64,000 bases of DNA. Origin: an uncultured Candidatus Saccharibacteria bacterium (lineage in GTDB: Bacteria > Patescibacteriota > Minisyncoccia > Phycocordibacterales > Phycocordibacteraceae). Shown piece by piece: positions 1 through 8,574 of this stretch. The stretch spans positions 959 through 64,958 of the forward strand of contig CAYHYY010000001.1 of assembly GCA_964360975.1 (NCBI GenBank), written 5' to 3'. Position 1 is the stretch's first letter. The number at the start of each line of letters is the position of its first letter. The notes below the pieces were generated by a model, which saw only the letters and a program-made list of their open reading frames with translations, was not told where the DNA came from and made no database searches. The translations under genes were made by a program, and so were the position numbers.

Positions 1-1
1 A

Positions 2-691
2 GCCCATGAGCATGCTGATCCTGTCGGCTTATATCTCAATGATTGTCTACGCTACCTCGAGGAAGGCGATATTGATCTCATATTTACCAAGCATGCCGTC
101 ATGACCTGCATTTCCGATACTTTTTACAATGACACGGATAGGGAGCTTCGTGAGAAGACGGTTTCGCGCGCAGGCTCTATCGTGGCTTTCGCGCCGAACC
201 CAGGTGACGTGGCAACCGTCGAGCGTGTTTTTTATCCCTACATTACCGCTGAAGAATTGGGAAAAGTGGAAGAAGGAGAATTTATCATTGCGCTCACCAT
301 CGATGCAATTCGTTCGCGGCCGTTTTTCGCGCGTGTCATTCCACTTTCCTCACGATCCAGTCTTTCAGAACAGGATTTGATGGGTGTCTCACGCGATCGA
401 TATACGCTGCCTCGACTCAAAGTTGATCAACTCTTTAAGTCGAGTGCCATGATTGGAAAAGAGATGCCCATGAAGGACGCGCCACCAGGAACATTTACTG
501 ATACGTTTCGCTCCATTTTTTCGAAGCGTTCCGGCGATCAGCCTCTCGCGAAAGGTGAACAGCAAAAAAAACAATCAATAAGTCCGTCCGATATGAAGAC
601 TACCCAAAAATCGGCGCAAACTGAGATACCCGAAAACGACCTGAAGACGATGCTTCGGGTTGACTCTGGCAAAGCGTTCGACAAGGAGTAA
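2..691 (+). CDS. Hypothetical protein, 5'-partial (the reading frame is open to the window start)
   Basis: The frame of ORF 101..691 stays open back to nt 2. No recognisable motif. The C-terminus is low-complexity and K/Q/S-rich. Confidence 0.35.
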   Translation, partial: AHEHADPVGLYLNDCLRYLEEGDIDLIFTKHAVMTCISDTFYNDTDRELREKTVSRAGSIVAFAPNPGDVATVERVFYPYITAEELGKVEEGEFIIALTIDAIRSRPFFARVIPLSSRSSLSEQDLMGVSRDRYTLPRLKVDQLFKSSAMIGKEMPMKDAPPGTFTDTFRSIFSKRSGDQPLAKGEQQKKQSISPSDMKTTQKSAQTEIPENDLKTMLRVDSGKAFDKE

Positions 692-708
692 GTGAGCATG
701 CGCCCTTT

Positions 709-1488
709 ATGAGAAGAAGCCTCGTGGTCATTGCCATATTGTCTGCACTATCTCCATTCACTGCTCACGCGGCGGTAGTGATTTCGGAGATCATGTATGA
801 CCTCCCTGGTTCTGATGAAAACAGAGAGTGGATAGAACTGTACAACAACGGTGTCGAGATCGTAGACCTGGAGGACTGGAGATTTTTTGAAGGCGGTGTC
901 AATCACAAAATACTCCCACGCCACGCTTTGAGCCTCATGCCAAACTCATATGTTGTCATCGTACGTCATGTCGATGGGTTCAAGACGGACTGGCCTTTAT
1001 ATGATGGGGCACTCTTTGTAAGCTCGTTTTCTCTCAATAACACGGGAGAAAACCTCACTATCAAAAACGCCAATCTTGAAACTATTTTTTCGCTCGCTTA
1101 CACAAATAACGTTGCCGCGGGGGATGGAAATTCATTGAATCTGATACAGGGCGAGCTTGCATCTCGTCGGCCAACGCCGGGTATGTCGATAGCCGATGAA
1201 CCCCTCACGATACCTAAAGTAGTTACTTCTCTGGCAGAAGCGGCACCAGTCTCGGACGGTAACCTTTCAACGCAGGACGAGGTTAGAGAGACAGGTGCAA
1301 TAGATGGGGGCGGTATGGACAGGGGGGTCTATGCCGCTTCTTTCGTAGCTGGTGAGGAGCAACGCCCGCGTTCAATATTCCCGTGGATCGCCTCACTCAT
1401 TGCGGTAATGGGGCTCGGCTTCGCATCAGTTTTGTGGCGAAAAAGAAAATCCAAAAGCGGGTACACTATCATTGAAGAGGAGGTATGA
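709..1488 (+). CDS. Lamin-tail-domain (LTD) surface protein with an N-terminal signal peptide and a C-terminal TM anchor followed by basic residues
   Basis: Signal-like N-terminus MRRSLVVIAILSALSPFTAHA. LTD hallmark VISEIMYD..G.D..EWIELYN. C-terminal hydrophobic helix followed by RKRKSK. Confidence 0.55.
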   Translation: MRRSLVVIAILSALSPFTAHAAVVISEIMYDLPGSDENREWIELYNNGVEIVDLEDWRFFEGGVNHKILPRHALSLMPNSYVVIVRHVDGFKTDWPLYDGALFVSSFSLNNTGENLTIKNANLETIFSLAYTNNVAAGDGNSLNLIQGELASRRPTPGMSIADEPLTIPKVVTSLAEAAPVSDGNLSTQDEVRETGAIDGGGMDRGVYAASFVAGEEQRPRSIFPWIASLIAVMGLGFASVLWRKRKSKSGYTIIEEEV

Positions 1489-2951
1489 AAGGAAAACTGA
1501 TATTGGTAACCGGCGGGGCCGGGTTCATCGGCTCGCATCTCTGTGAGAGATTGAGAGATGAGGGGAATACGGTGATCTCGCTCGATAACTATTTCACGGG
1601 AACGCGCACCAATCATGTGGCGGGCGTTCAGTATCGAGAAGGTCATACGAAGAACGTTGAAGCGCTCGTTCCTGAAACACCTGACGTCATCTATCACCTC
1701 GGTGAATATGCGCGTGTTGAACAGAGTGTCTTGGAGCCGGACATTGTTGAGGATTTGAATACGGAAGGCACAAAGGGCGTCGTGGATTTTTGGAAAAAGA
1801 GACGTTCGAAACTTGTCTATGCTGGTTCGTCGACCAAGTTTGGCGACGAAGGAAAAACACGTCTTGAATCACCCTACGCGCGCACAAAGGCTCTGAACTC
1901 AGAATTGGTGAAGCAGGTGGGAGAACAAGAAAAATTGCCGTACGCGATAACCTATTTTTACAATGTGTATGGAGCGCGTGAACGCGCTGGTGTCTATGGC
2001 ACGGTCATAGAGCAATTTAAGCGCATGTATGTTTCGGGAGCACCGTGCGCGGTGGTGCGTCCTGGTACGCAAGAGCGAAATTTTACGCACGTCGACGATA
2101 TTGTGGATGCGCTTATCCTCGTCGGCGAAAACGGATCGGGAGATGAATACGGACTGGGGAACGAGAAAGCGTACTCAATATTTGATGTGGCGACCATGTT
2201 TGGTTTTGGTTCTGATGTCGTGCTCTTTCCTTCGCGCTCGGGGAATCGCATGACGTCGCGACTGGACACGAGTAAAGTCAGCGCGCTCGGCTGGCGCGCA
2301 AAGCGTGAACTCGCAGCATACATTCGCGAGTTCACGAATTCAAAAACGCGAGGCGTTAAACGCGACAATCGAGTTCTTGTTTTTTCTACCACCATGCACC
2401 CGGTCGCCGGACTTGCCGAAGAATCCTTCGCTGAGCTCGCCAGAGAACTCCCCGATGTAGTCTTTGACGTCATTACGACCAAGTTCATGAGAAATGCACC
2501 GGAGGTCATTCCGTCGCCAAATATGCGGATATTTCGTCTCGGCATCGGAGCGAAAACTGACAAGTATTTTCTTCCTGTTCTTGGCGCAATCCGCGGCATA
2601 TCGTTACACATGAGCAGGCGATACCTCTTTACGTGGTCTCTGATGGCAAGCTATGCGGCTCTCTCCGCCCTCATTTTGAAGCAGTTGGTTCGTGCACCGC
2701 TCCTCATCACGCTTGCGGATCAAAATCTCGATGACCTTACCGCTCTACAGCGATTTGCGCTCTCATACATGATTTCGAAGGCTGATCAGGTGTATGGCAC
2801 CCACGGAGGCCAGGAAGCTCAGGCTATGCAAATGGCGGGGAGGAGTTTACCGAGGAATTCTGTCGGAGAGGGTGATGCCTTCGCCAATGCACTCCGTTTC
2901 GCGTACGCCGACATAGTGAGGCGTTTTCAAAATGACTACAGAACGCCATGA
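1485..2951 (+). CDS. NAD-dependent epimerase/dehydratase (extended SDR) fused to a GT4-like N-terminal half-domain
   Basis: GGAGFIGSHL Rossmann motif and YARTK (YxxxK). The C-terminal ~190 aa aligns with the N-terminal domain of the downstream GT4 (RVLVFSTTMHP../KVLIFSLAYYP..; RIFRLGIGA/FVHRIGIAS). It has no EX7E donor-binding domain. Confidence 0.6.
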   Translation: MKGKLILVTGGAGFIGSHLCERLRDEGNTVISLDNYFTGTRTNHVAGVQYREGHTKNVEALVPETPDVIYHLGEYARVEQSVLEPDIVEDLNTEGTKGVVDFWKKRRSKLVYAGSSTKFGDEGKTRLESPYARTKALNSELVKQVGEQEKLPYAITYFYNVYGARERAGVYGTVIEQFKRMYVSGAPCAVVRPGTQERNFTHVDDIVDALILVGENGSGDEYGLGNEKAYSIFDVATMFGFGSDVVLFPSRSGNRMTSRLDTSKVSALGWRAKRELAAYIREFTNSKTRGVKRDNRVLVFSTTMHPVAGLAEESFAELARELPDVVFDVITTKFMRNAPEVIPSPNMRIFRLGIGAKTDKYFLPVLGAIRGISLHMSRRYLFTWSLMASYAALSALILKQLVRAPLLITLADQNLDDLTALQRFALSYMISKADQVYGTHGGQEAQAMQMAGRSLPRNSVGEGDAFANALRFAYADIVRRFQNDYRTP

Positions 2952-4162
2952 CCAATGAAAAGAAAAAAGTGCTCATATTCTCGCTCGCGTACTATCCAAA
3001 GCACGTTGGGGGTGCCGAGGTTTCAATAAAGGAGATCACCGACCGAATCAGTGACATCGAATTTCATCTCATCACCAACCGGTTTGATTCAACCTTGCCT
3101 AAGGAGGAGAAAATAGGAAACGTCTTTGTTCATAGGATCGGCATTGCGAGCGAGAATCCAACAATGGCTGATCTAAAGCGTTTTCCTCTCAACCTCAACA
3201 AACCGCTCTATCAGTTTCTTGCTGCCTGGCGTGCGCATCGACTGCACGCACGGTACCGTTTTGATGCCATGTGGGCGATGATGGCGCACTCGACTGGTGT
3301 TCCCGCAGTGATTTTCAAAATGCTCCACCCGCGCGTTAAATATATTCTCAATTTACAGGAAGGGGATCCAATACCGTACATAGAAAGAAAGATGCTTCCT
3401 TTGTGGTTTTTCTTCAGCCGCGCATTTACGAAGGCGGATATCATTCAACCGCTTTCTACATTTCTCGCAGAGTGGGCGAGGAGGCGTGGATTTACGGGGC
3501 CTATCGTCATCATCCCGAATGCCGTCAATGCGGAGCATTTTTCTGAAGAGTATCCAGCCTCGGTGATCAATGATATTCGTGATTCGCTCGGGAAAAAAAT
3601 GGGCGACGTATTTTTGATCACGACATCTCGCCTGGTTAAAAAGAATGCGGTCGATGATGTTATCCGCGCGCTCGCACTTCTTCCGAAAAACGTGCGCTTT
3701 ATTGTTCTCGGTGTTGGGCCAGACGAAGTACAACTCAAAGAGCTCGCAAAAAAACTTGGTGTGTCGCCACGTGTTGCATTCTTGGGACACGTTGGCCATG
3801 ACGAAATGCCAAAGTATCTAAAAGCATCTGATATTTTTATACGGCCGTCACGCTCTGAGGGGTTTGGGGCGTCGTTTGCCGAGGCTATGGCAGCCGGACT
3901 TCCCGTCGTGGCGACTCAAGAGGGTGGCATCGCAGATTTTCTTTTTGATGAGAAACTGAATCCTGACAAGCCGATAACTGGCTGGGCGGTCGAAAAAGAT
4001 TCACCGCAGCAGATAGCCGCTGCAATCAACAACATTATGGAAAATCCCGAGAAAGTCCGGGCTGTCGTGAAGACCGCGAAGGCGATGGTGGTAGGTAAAT
4101 ATGATTGGGATATCATCGCGAGAGACATGCGCACCAAAGTTTTTAATGCTCTCGGCATCTAA
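2948..4162 (+). CDS. Glycosyltransferase family 4 (GT-B, retaining)
   Basis: C-terminal RPSRSEGFGASFAEAMAAGLPVVAT (EX7E-type motif). Overlaps the upstream gene by 4 nt. Confidence 0.75.
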   Translation: MTNEKKKVLIFSLAYYPKHVGGAEVSIKEITDRISDIEFHLITNRFDSTLPKEEKIGNVFVHRIGIASENPTMADLKRFPLNLNKPLYQFLAAWRAHRLHARYRFDAMWAMMAHSTGVPAVIFKMLHPRVKYILNLQEGDPIPYIERKMLPLWFFFSRAFTKADIIQPLSTFLAEWARRRGFTGPIVIIPNAVNAEHFSEEYPASVINDIRDSLGKKMGDVFLITTSRLVKKNAVDDVIRALALLPKNVRFIVLGVGPDEVQLKELAKKLGVSPRVAFLGHVGHDEMPKYLKASDIFIRPSRSEGFGASFAEAMAAGLPVVATQEGGIADFLFDEKLNPDKPITGWAVEKDSPQQIAAAINNIMENPEKVRAVVKTAKAMVVGKYDWDIIARDMRTKVFNALGI

Positions 4163-4163
4163 C

Positions 4164-5270
4164 ATGCGTATTCTCATTGCAACGGGCCTCTATCCTCCGG
4201 AGATTGGGGGACCAGCAACGTATTCAGCGCACCTCAAGAGGAGTCTGCCCGCGCATGGCATCGAAGTGGTTATCTTGCCGTTTAGCCGAGTTCGCCAATA
4301 TTGGAAAGTAGTTCGTCATCTCGTGTACTTCTACCTTGCCTTCAAGGAAGGAAAACGGACAGACCTTATATATGCTCAAGATCCTGTATCGGTCGGTGTG
4401 CCAGCGCTGTGTGCCGCGTTTTTATTACGGAAGCCTTATATGCTCAAGATTGTCGGCGATTACGCATGGGAACAGGCATCGCAGCGTTTCGGCTACGCGG
4501 GTACCCCCGATGCTTTCCAGGATGCTGAAATTCATATCATTGCAAAGATCTTCAGGACATTGGAACGTTTTGTTGCCAGGCAAGCGCACGTGGTCGTCGT
4601 TCCATCAAAGTATCTTGGCGGCATCGTGCGCCTTTGGGGTGTCCCCGAAGAGAAAATTGCGGTTATAAAAAATGGTATCGAGAGTTTCCAAGATACTGGT
4701 TCAAAGAGCGTCATTCGTGGATTATTTAAATTTCATGGAAAACTTATCATTTCGGTCGGCCGACTCGTTCCGTGGAAGGGATTTGATCTCTTAATTAGAA
4801 TTCTTCCCGCTATAAAAAAAAATTATCCTGATACAAAACTGCTCATTATTGGGTCGGGGCCTCTGATGGATGTTCTCGAAAAGAAATCTGTACAGATGGG
4901 GCTCATGAATGATGTCGTGTTTACCGGTGCACTGGAGCGGGACATCCTCATTCGCTATATTCGAGCATCAGATGTGTTTGCGTTGAATACGTCATATGAA
5001 GGACTTTCACATCAAATTCTTGAGGTGATGGCAGTCGGTGTTCCGGTCGTGACGACCCGCGTCGGTGGTAATCCAGAAGTTATTACGCACGGCGTTGATG
5101 GGTATCTCTTAAAGCACAATGACGCGAAGGGGTTTAGAGAAACTATCATGAAGCTGCTTGGTGATAGCGGTTTACGAACCCGTACGGTGGCAAACGCAAA
5201 GCGAAAAATCACGCAATTTTCTAATGAACGCATGGTCGCAGAAACGGCAGCACTGCTAAAAACAATATGA
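4164..5270 (+). CDS. Glycosyltransferase family 4
   Basis: MRILIATGLYPPEIGGPATY N-terminus and NTSYEGLSHQILEVMAVGVPVV motif. The start is taken at ATG 4164, directly after the upstream stop. Confidence 0.75.
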   Translation: MRILIATGLYPPEIGGPATYSAHLKRSLPAHGIEVVILPFSRVRQYWKVVRHLVYFYLAFKEGKRTDLIYAQDPVSVGVPALCAAFLLRKPYMLKIVGDYAWEQASQRFGYAGTPDAFQDAEIHIIAKIFRTLERFVARQAHVVVVPSKYLGGIVRLWGVPEEKIAVIKNGIESFQDTGSKSVIRGLFKFHGKLIISVGRLVPWKGFDLLIRILPAIKKNYPDTKLLIIGSGPLMDVLEKKSVQMGLMNDVVFTGALERDILIRYIRASDVFALNTSYEGLSHQILEVMAVGVPVVTTRVGGNPEVITHGVDGYLLKHNDAKGFRETIMKLLGDSGLRTRTVANAKRKITQFSNERMVAETAALLKTI

Positions 5271-6349
5271 ACGTTCTCATGTTGTCCACCGATGCGAAGA
5301 TTTTTGCTCCGGGGAGCGCGCGTGAACGCATCACATCGTATGGAACCATTGTTGATTCACTCACGCTCGTCATTTTTTCTATGGGATCTCCGGAACGAAT
5401 TAATCTTGCGCAAAATGTCATCGCCATTCGTATTGGCGGTGGTAATAAATTTATTGTGTTCGCGCGTGGGATTTTGATTCTTTTGAAGGAGACGAAGTTG
5501 CGTGCATACGACGTTGTGTCGTCTCAAGACCCGTTCGCTATCGGCTTGGCAGCGCTCATGGTTTCTTACCTTCGGAGCATACCGCTTCAGATCCAGGTAC
5601 ACACTGATTGTTTTTCTCGCGCATACCGGAGCGAATCAATCCGTCGATTTCTGGAAGCGTTCATCGCGCGGTGGGTTGTCTCTCGCGCCTCATGCGTCCG
5701 CGTTGTTTCTAAAAGGATTGCGAGGTCGGTTGCCTCGATGACTTTGGCGCCGCTCTCCATACTACCGATTCTGGTACAACCCGCGCGCGCAGTCTTGAGC
5801 GTCCCGGCCCCACATTCGGGGAAATATATTACTTTTCTTGTCGTTTCTCGTCTCACGAAAGAAAAACAACTGGGCATTGCCATTGAGGCTATTGCGCGCG
5901 TGCCATTAGCTGGCCTGATCGTTGTTGGCGATGGCTCTGAGAGGAATCGTCTAGAAAAAAAAGTTGCCGAACTTGCGCTCAGTGACCGCGTTCAATTCGT
6001 GGGGTGGAAAGATGATAGAGCGTCGTCCTACCAGCATGCCGACTGTTTTATCCAAACCTCGCGCTATGAGGGGTACGGTATGGCGCTCGTTGAGGCAGCA
6101 CTCTACGCTCTCCCGCTTATTTCAACCGATGTCGGTGTCGTTGGTGAAACTTTCATTGAGGGGCAAGAAGTACTCATCGCAGATGCCAACACAGAATCCT
6201 TCGCGGCTGCTATTCGTAAAATGGTCGATGACGAGGCATTCCGGAAAGCGATGGGAAGGCGCGCTAGAGAGAAAGCGCTGGCACTCGTTATGCCGCCTCA
6301 CGAATATCTTCGAAAGTACCAGGAGGCGCTTAAAACCTGCGTTTTTTAG
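5267..6349 (+). CDS. Glycosyltransferase family 4
   Basis: TSRYEGYGMALVEAALYALPLISTDVG motif. 4 nt overlap with the upstream gene. Confidence 0.7.
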   Translation: MNVLMLSTDAKIFAPGSARERITSYGTIVDSLTLVIFSMGSPERINLAQNVIAIRIGGGNKFIVFARGILILLKETKLRAYDVVSSQDPFAIGLAALMVSYLRSIPLQIQVHTDCFSRAYRSESIRRFLEAFIARWVVSRASCVRVVSKRIARSVASMTLAPLSILPILVQPARAVLSVPAPHSGKYITFLVVSRLTKEKQLGIAIEAIARVPLAGLIVVGDGSERNRLEKKVAELALSDRVQFVGWKDDRASSYQHADCFIQTSRYEGYGMALVEAALYALPLISTDVGVVGETFIEGQEVLIADANTESFAAAIRKMVDDEAFRKAMGRRAREKALALVMPPHEYLRKYQEALKTCVF

Positions 6350-6372
6350 CATCGTGTGCTAGCATAGCGGTC

Positions 6373-7203
6373 ATGACAGTCGGCTTCATCGGGCAAGGAT
6401 TCATAGGAAAAGCGTATGCGGATAATTTTGAGCAACGCGGCTACGCGGTCGTGCGCTATGCGCGAGAAGAGAAGTTTGCCAGTAGCAAAGACAAAATAGC
6501 TGAATGTGACTTCGTGTTCATAGCGGTTCCGACACCGACGACGCCGGGAGGTTTCGACTACTCTATTGTCGAGGGTGTCCTCTCACTCGTTGGGAAAGGA
6601 AAGGTCGCGATCATCAAGTCGACCCTCCTTCCCGGGACGACCGTAAAACTTCAGGAAAAATATCCCGATATTCTTGTGCTGCATTCGCCTGAATTTTTGC
6701 GGGCGCGTTCGGCAGGAGAAGATGTACAGCGGCCAGCGCGGAATATAGTAGGTATTCCGAAAGAGACTGCAGCATTGAGGCGTGCCGCAGAGGAAGCAAT
6801 AAAGATTATGCCGCACGCGCAATTCGATGCGGTGATTTCTTCTACTGAGAGTGAACTCGTCAAATATGCGGGGAACGTATTTCTCGCCATGAAGTTGATC
6901 TTTGCAAACATGCTGTTTGATGTATCGAAGGCAATCGGCGCAGACTACGAAAGCGTGAAAAATTCATTTGGTGCTGACCCGCGAATAGGCATGAATCATC
7001 TCGCGATAGATTTTGAAGGCGGGCGTGGCGCTGGCGGTTTCTGTTTCATCAAGGACTTCGCTGCATTCAATGAGCTTTATGAAAAAATGGCGAATGATCC
7101 AGTCGGACTCAAGGCGCTCAAAGGTTTTGAAGAAAAAAATGTAAAACTGCTCAGAGATTCTGGGAAGGACCTCGAATTGCTCAAGGGAGTTTATGGTGAA
7201 TAG
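6373..7203 (+). CDS. UDP-glucose/GDP-mannose dehydrogenase family protein, unusually short (lacks the C-terminal UDP-binding domain)
   Basis: GQGFIG Rossmann motif, VFIAVPTP, SPEFLRA (PEFLREG-like), and catalytic GGFCFIKD (GGSCFPKD-like). Only ~50 aa follow the catalytic Cys. Confidence 0.6.
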   Translation: MTVGFIGQGFIGKAYADNFEQRGYAVVRYAREEKFASSKDKIAECDFVFIAVPTPTTPGGFDYSIVEGVLSLVGKGKVAIIKSTLLPGTTVKLQEKYPDILVLHSPEFLRARSAGEDVQRPARNIVGIPKETAALRRAAEEAIKIMPHAQFDAVISSTESELVKYAGNVFLAMKLIFANMLFDVSKAIGADYESVKNSFGADPRIGMNHLAIDFEGGRGAGGFCFIKDFAAFNELYEKMANDPVGLKALKGFEEKNVKLLRDSGKDLELLKGVYGE

Positions 7204-7221
7204 TCGGAGCATCACACGCGC

Positions 7222-8565
7222 ATGAGTGAACAAAAATATTTTGGAACAGATGGGGTACGCGGGCTTGTCGGGAAAACACCGATGACGGTTGATTTCGCGC
7301 TTCGCTTGGCGAACGCGGCGGCAGTCGTTTTGACGCCAAACGGCGGGAAGGTACTGATTGGCAAGGACACACGACTCTCTGGATACATGTTTGAATCGGC
7401 CATTGAAGCAGGACTGGTTGCCGCCGGAGTAGATGTGATGCTCATCGGCCCACTGCCGACACCGGGTGTTGCGTACATGACGCGCCACCTCGGATGTGAT
7501 TTTGGTGTCGTGGTGAGCGCGTCTCATAACCATTACCTCGACAATGGCATAAAATTTTTCGACAGAAACGGAGGAAAATTATCTGATGAGTTGGAATTAA
7601 AAATAGAAGCCCATCTCGAGGAAGCGCCCGTCACGGTCGAATCAGAGAAATTAGGGAAAGTGACTCGTGTCGACCATACGCGAGATGCGTATCAGAAATT
7701 TTGCTTATCTACCGTCCCAGAAGATTTCAGACTTGATGGCATGAGCATAGTGGTCGATGCGGCGAATGGCGCCGGCTATAAGGTAGCTCCACGCGTATTT
7801 ACCGAACTTGGTGCGGAGGTGACGCCTATTGGTGCCGCGCCGAATGGAAGGAACATCAATGCGCAGTGCGGCTCCACGCATCCCGAGCTTCTTCAATTGA
7901 CGGTAAAAGGCGTTCACGCGCATTGTGGCATTGCGCTCGACGGCGATGGCGATCGTTTGCTTATGGTTGATGAGAACAGCGATATCATCGACGGTGACCA
8001 GCTCTTGTATATTCTCGCTCAAAGCATGAAGAAGAGTGGCACGCTCACCGGGCCAGTCATTGGTACCTTGATGACCAATCTTGGCGTTGAGCGTGCGATC
8101 AAAAACCTTGGCATCGAATTTAGGCGGGCAAAGGTCGGCGACCGGTATATCCGACGTTTGATGCGCGAATCAGGGAGTAATCTTGGTGGAGAATCATCTG
8201 GTCATATTATCTGTCTTACTAAAACAACTACCGGAGACGCTATCGTTGTAGCACTCCAGATCTTGGCTGAGATGAAAAAAAACAGCTCGACCCTTTCGGC
8301 TTTAAGGAGAGAGGTGAAATTGTTTCCACGCGTTCTTATTAATGAGCGAACCGAACGTAACGGAGGCTCTCTTACCAGCAAGAGACTCGTTGACGCAATC
8401 ACTTTGTCAGAAAAGGAGCTAGGCTCTGAAGGGCGCGTGGTAGTTAGGAAGTCTGGTACTGAACCCGTCATTCGCGTCATGGTCGAAGCCGCCGTTGAAG
8501 CCGATGCGAAAAGGCATGCTGAGGCACTTTCGAGCATTGTGCGTGAGGAACATAGCGCGTCATAG
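7222..8565 (+). CDS. glmM: Phosphoglucosamine mutase
   Basis: GTDGVRG N-terminus and SASHNHYLDNGIKF phosphoserine loop. 447 aa. Confidence 0.85.
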   Translation: MSEQKYFGTDGVRGLVGKTPMTVDFALRLANAAAVVLTPNGGKVLIGKDTRLSGYMFESAIEAGLVAAGVDVMLIGPLPTPGVAYMTRHLGCDFGVVVSASHNHYLDNGIKFFDRNGGKLSDELELKIEAHLEEAPVTVESEKLGKVTRVDHTRDAYQKFCLSTVPEDFRLDGMSIVVDAANGAGYKVAPRVFTELGAEVTPIGAAPNGRNINAQCGSTHPELLQLTVKGVHAHCGIALDGDGDRLLMVDENSDIIDGDQLLYILAQSMKKSGTLTGPVIGTLMTNLGVERAIKNLGIEFRRAKVGDRYIRRLMRESGSNLGGESSGHIICLTKTTTGDAIVVALQILAEMKKNSSTLSALRREVKLFPRVLINERTERNGGSLTSKRLVDAITLSEKELGSEGRVVVRKSGTEPVIRVMVEAAVEADAKRHAEALSSIVREEHSAS

Positions 8566-8574
8566 GATAGTGAA

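Noticed and set aside
1994-2611. 205-aa antisense ORF (and similar ones at 3353..3799(-), 11505..12245(-), 15419..15880(-), 46976..47491(-), 56277..56744(-))
   Set aside because: Each lies wholly antisense inside a well-supported CDS with strong family motifs. None has a recognisable motif, and they are Ser/Arg/Pro-rich as expected from the reverse translation of GC-rich codons.
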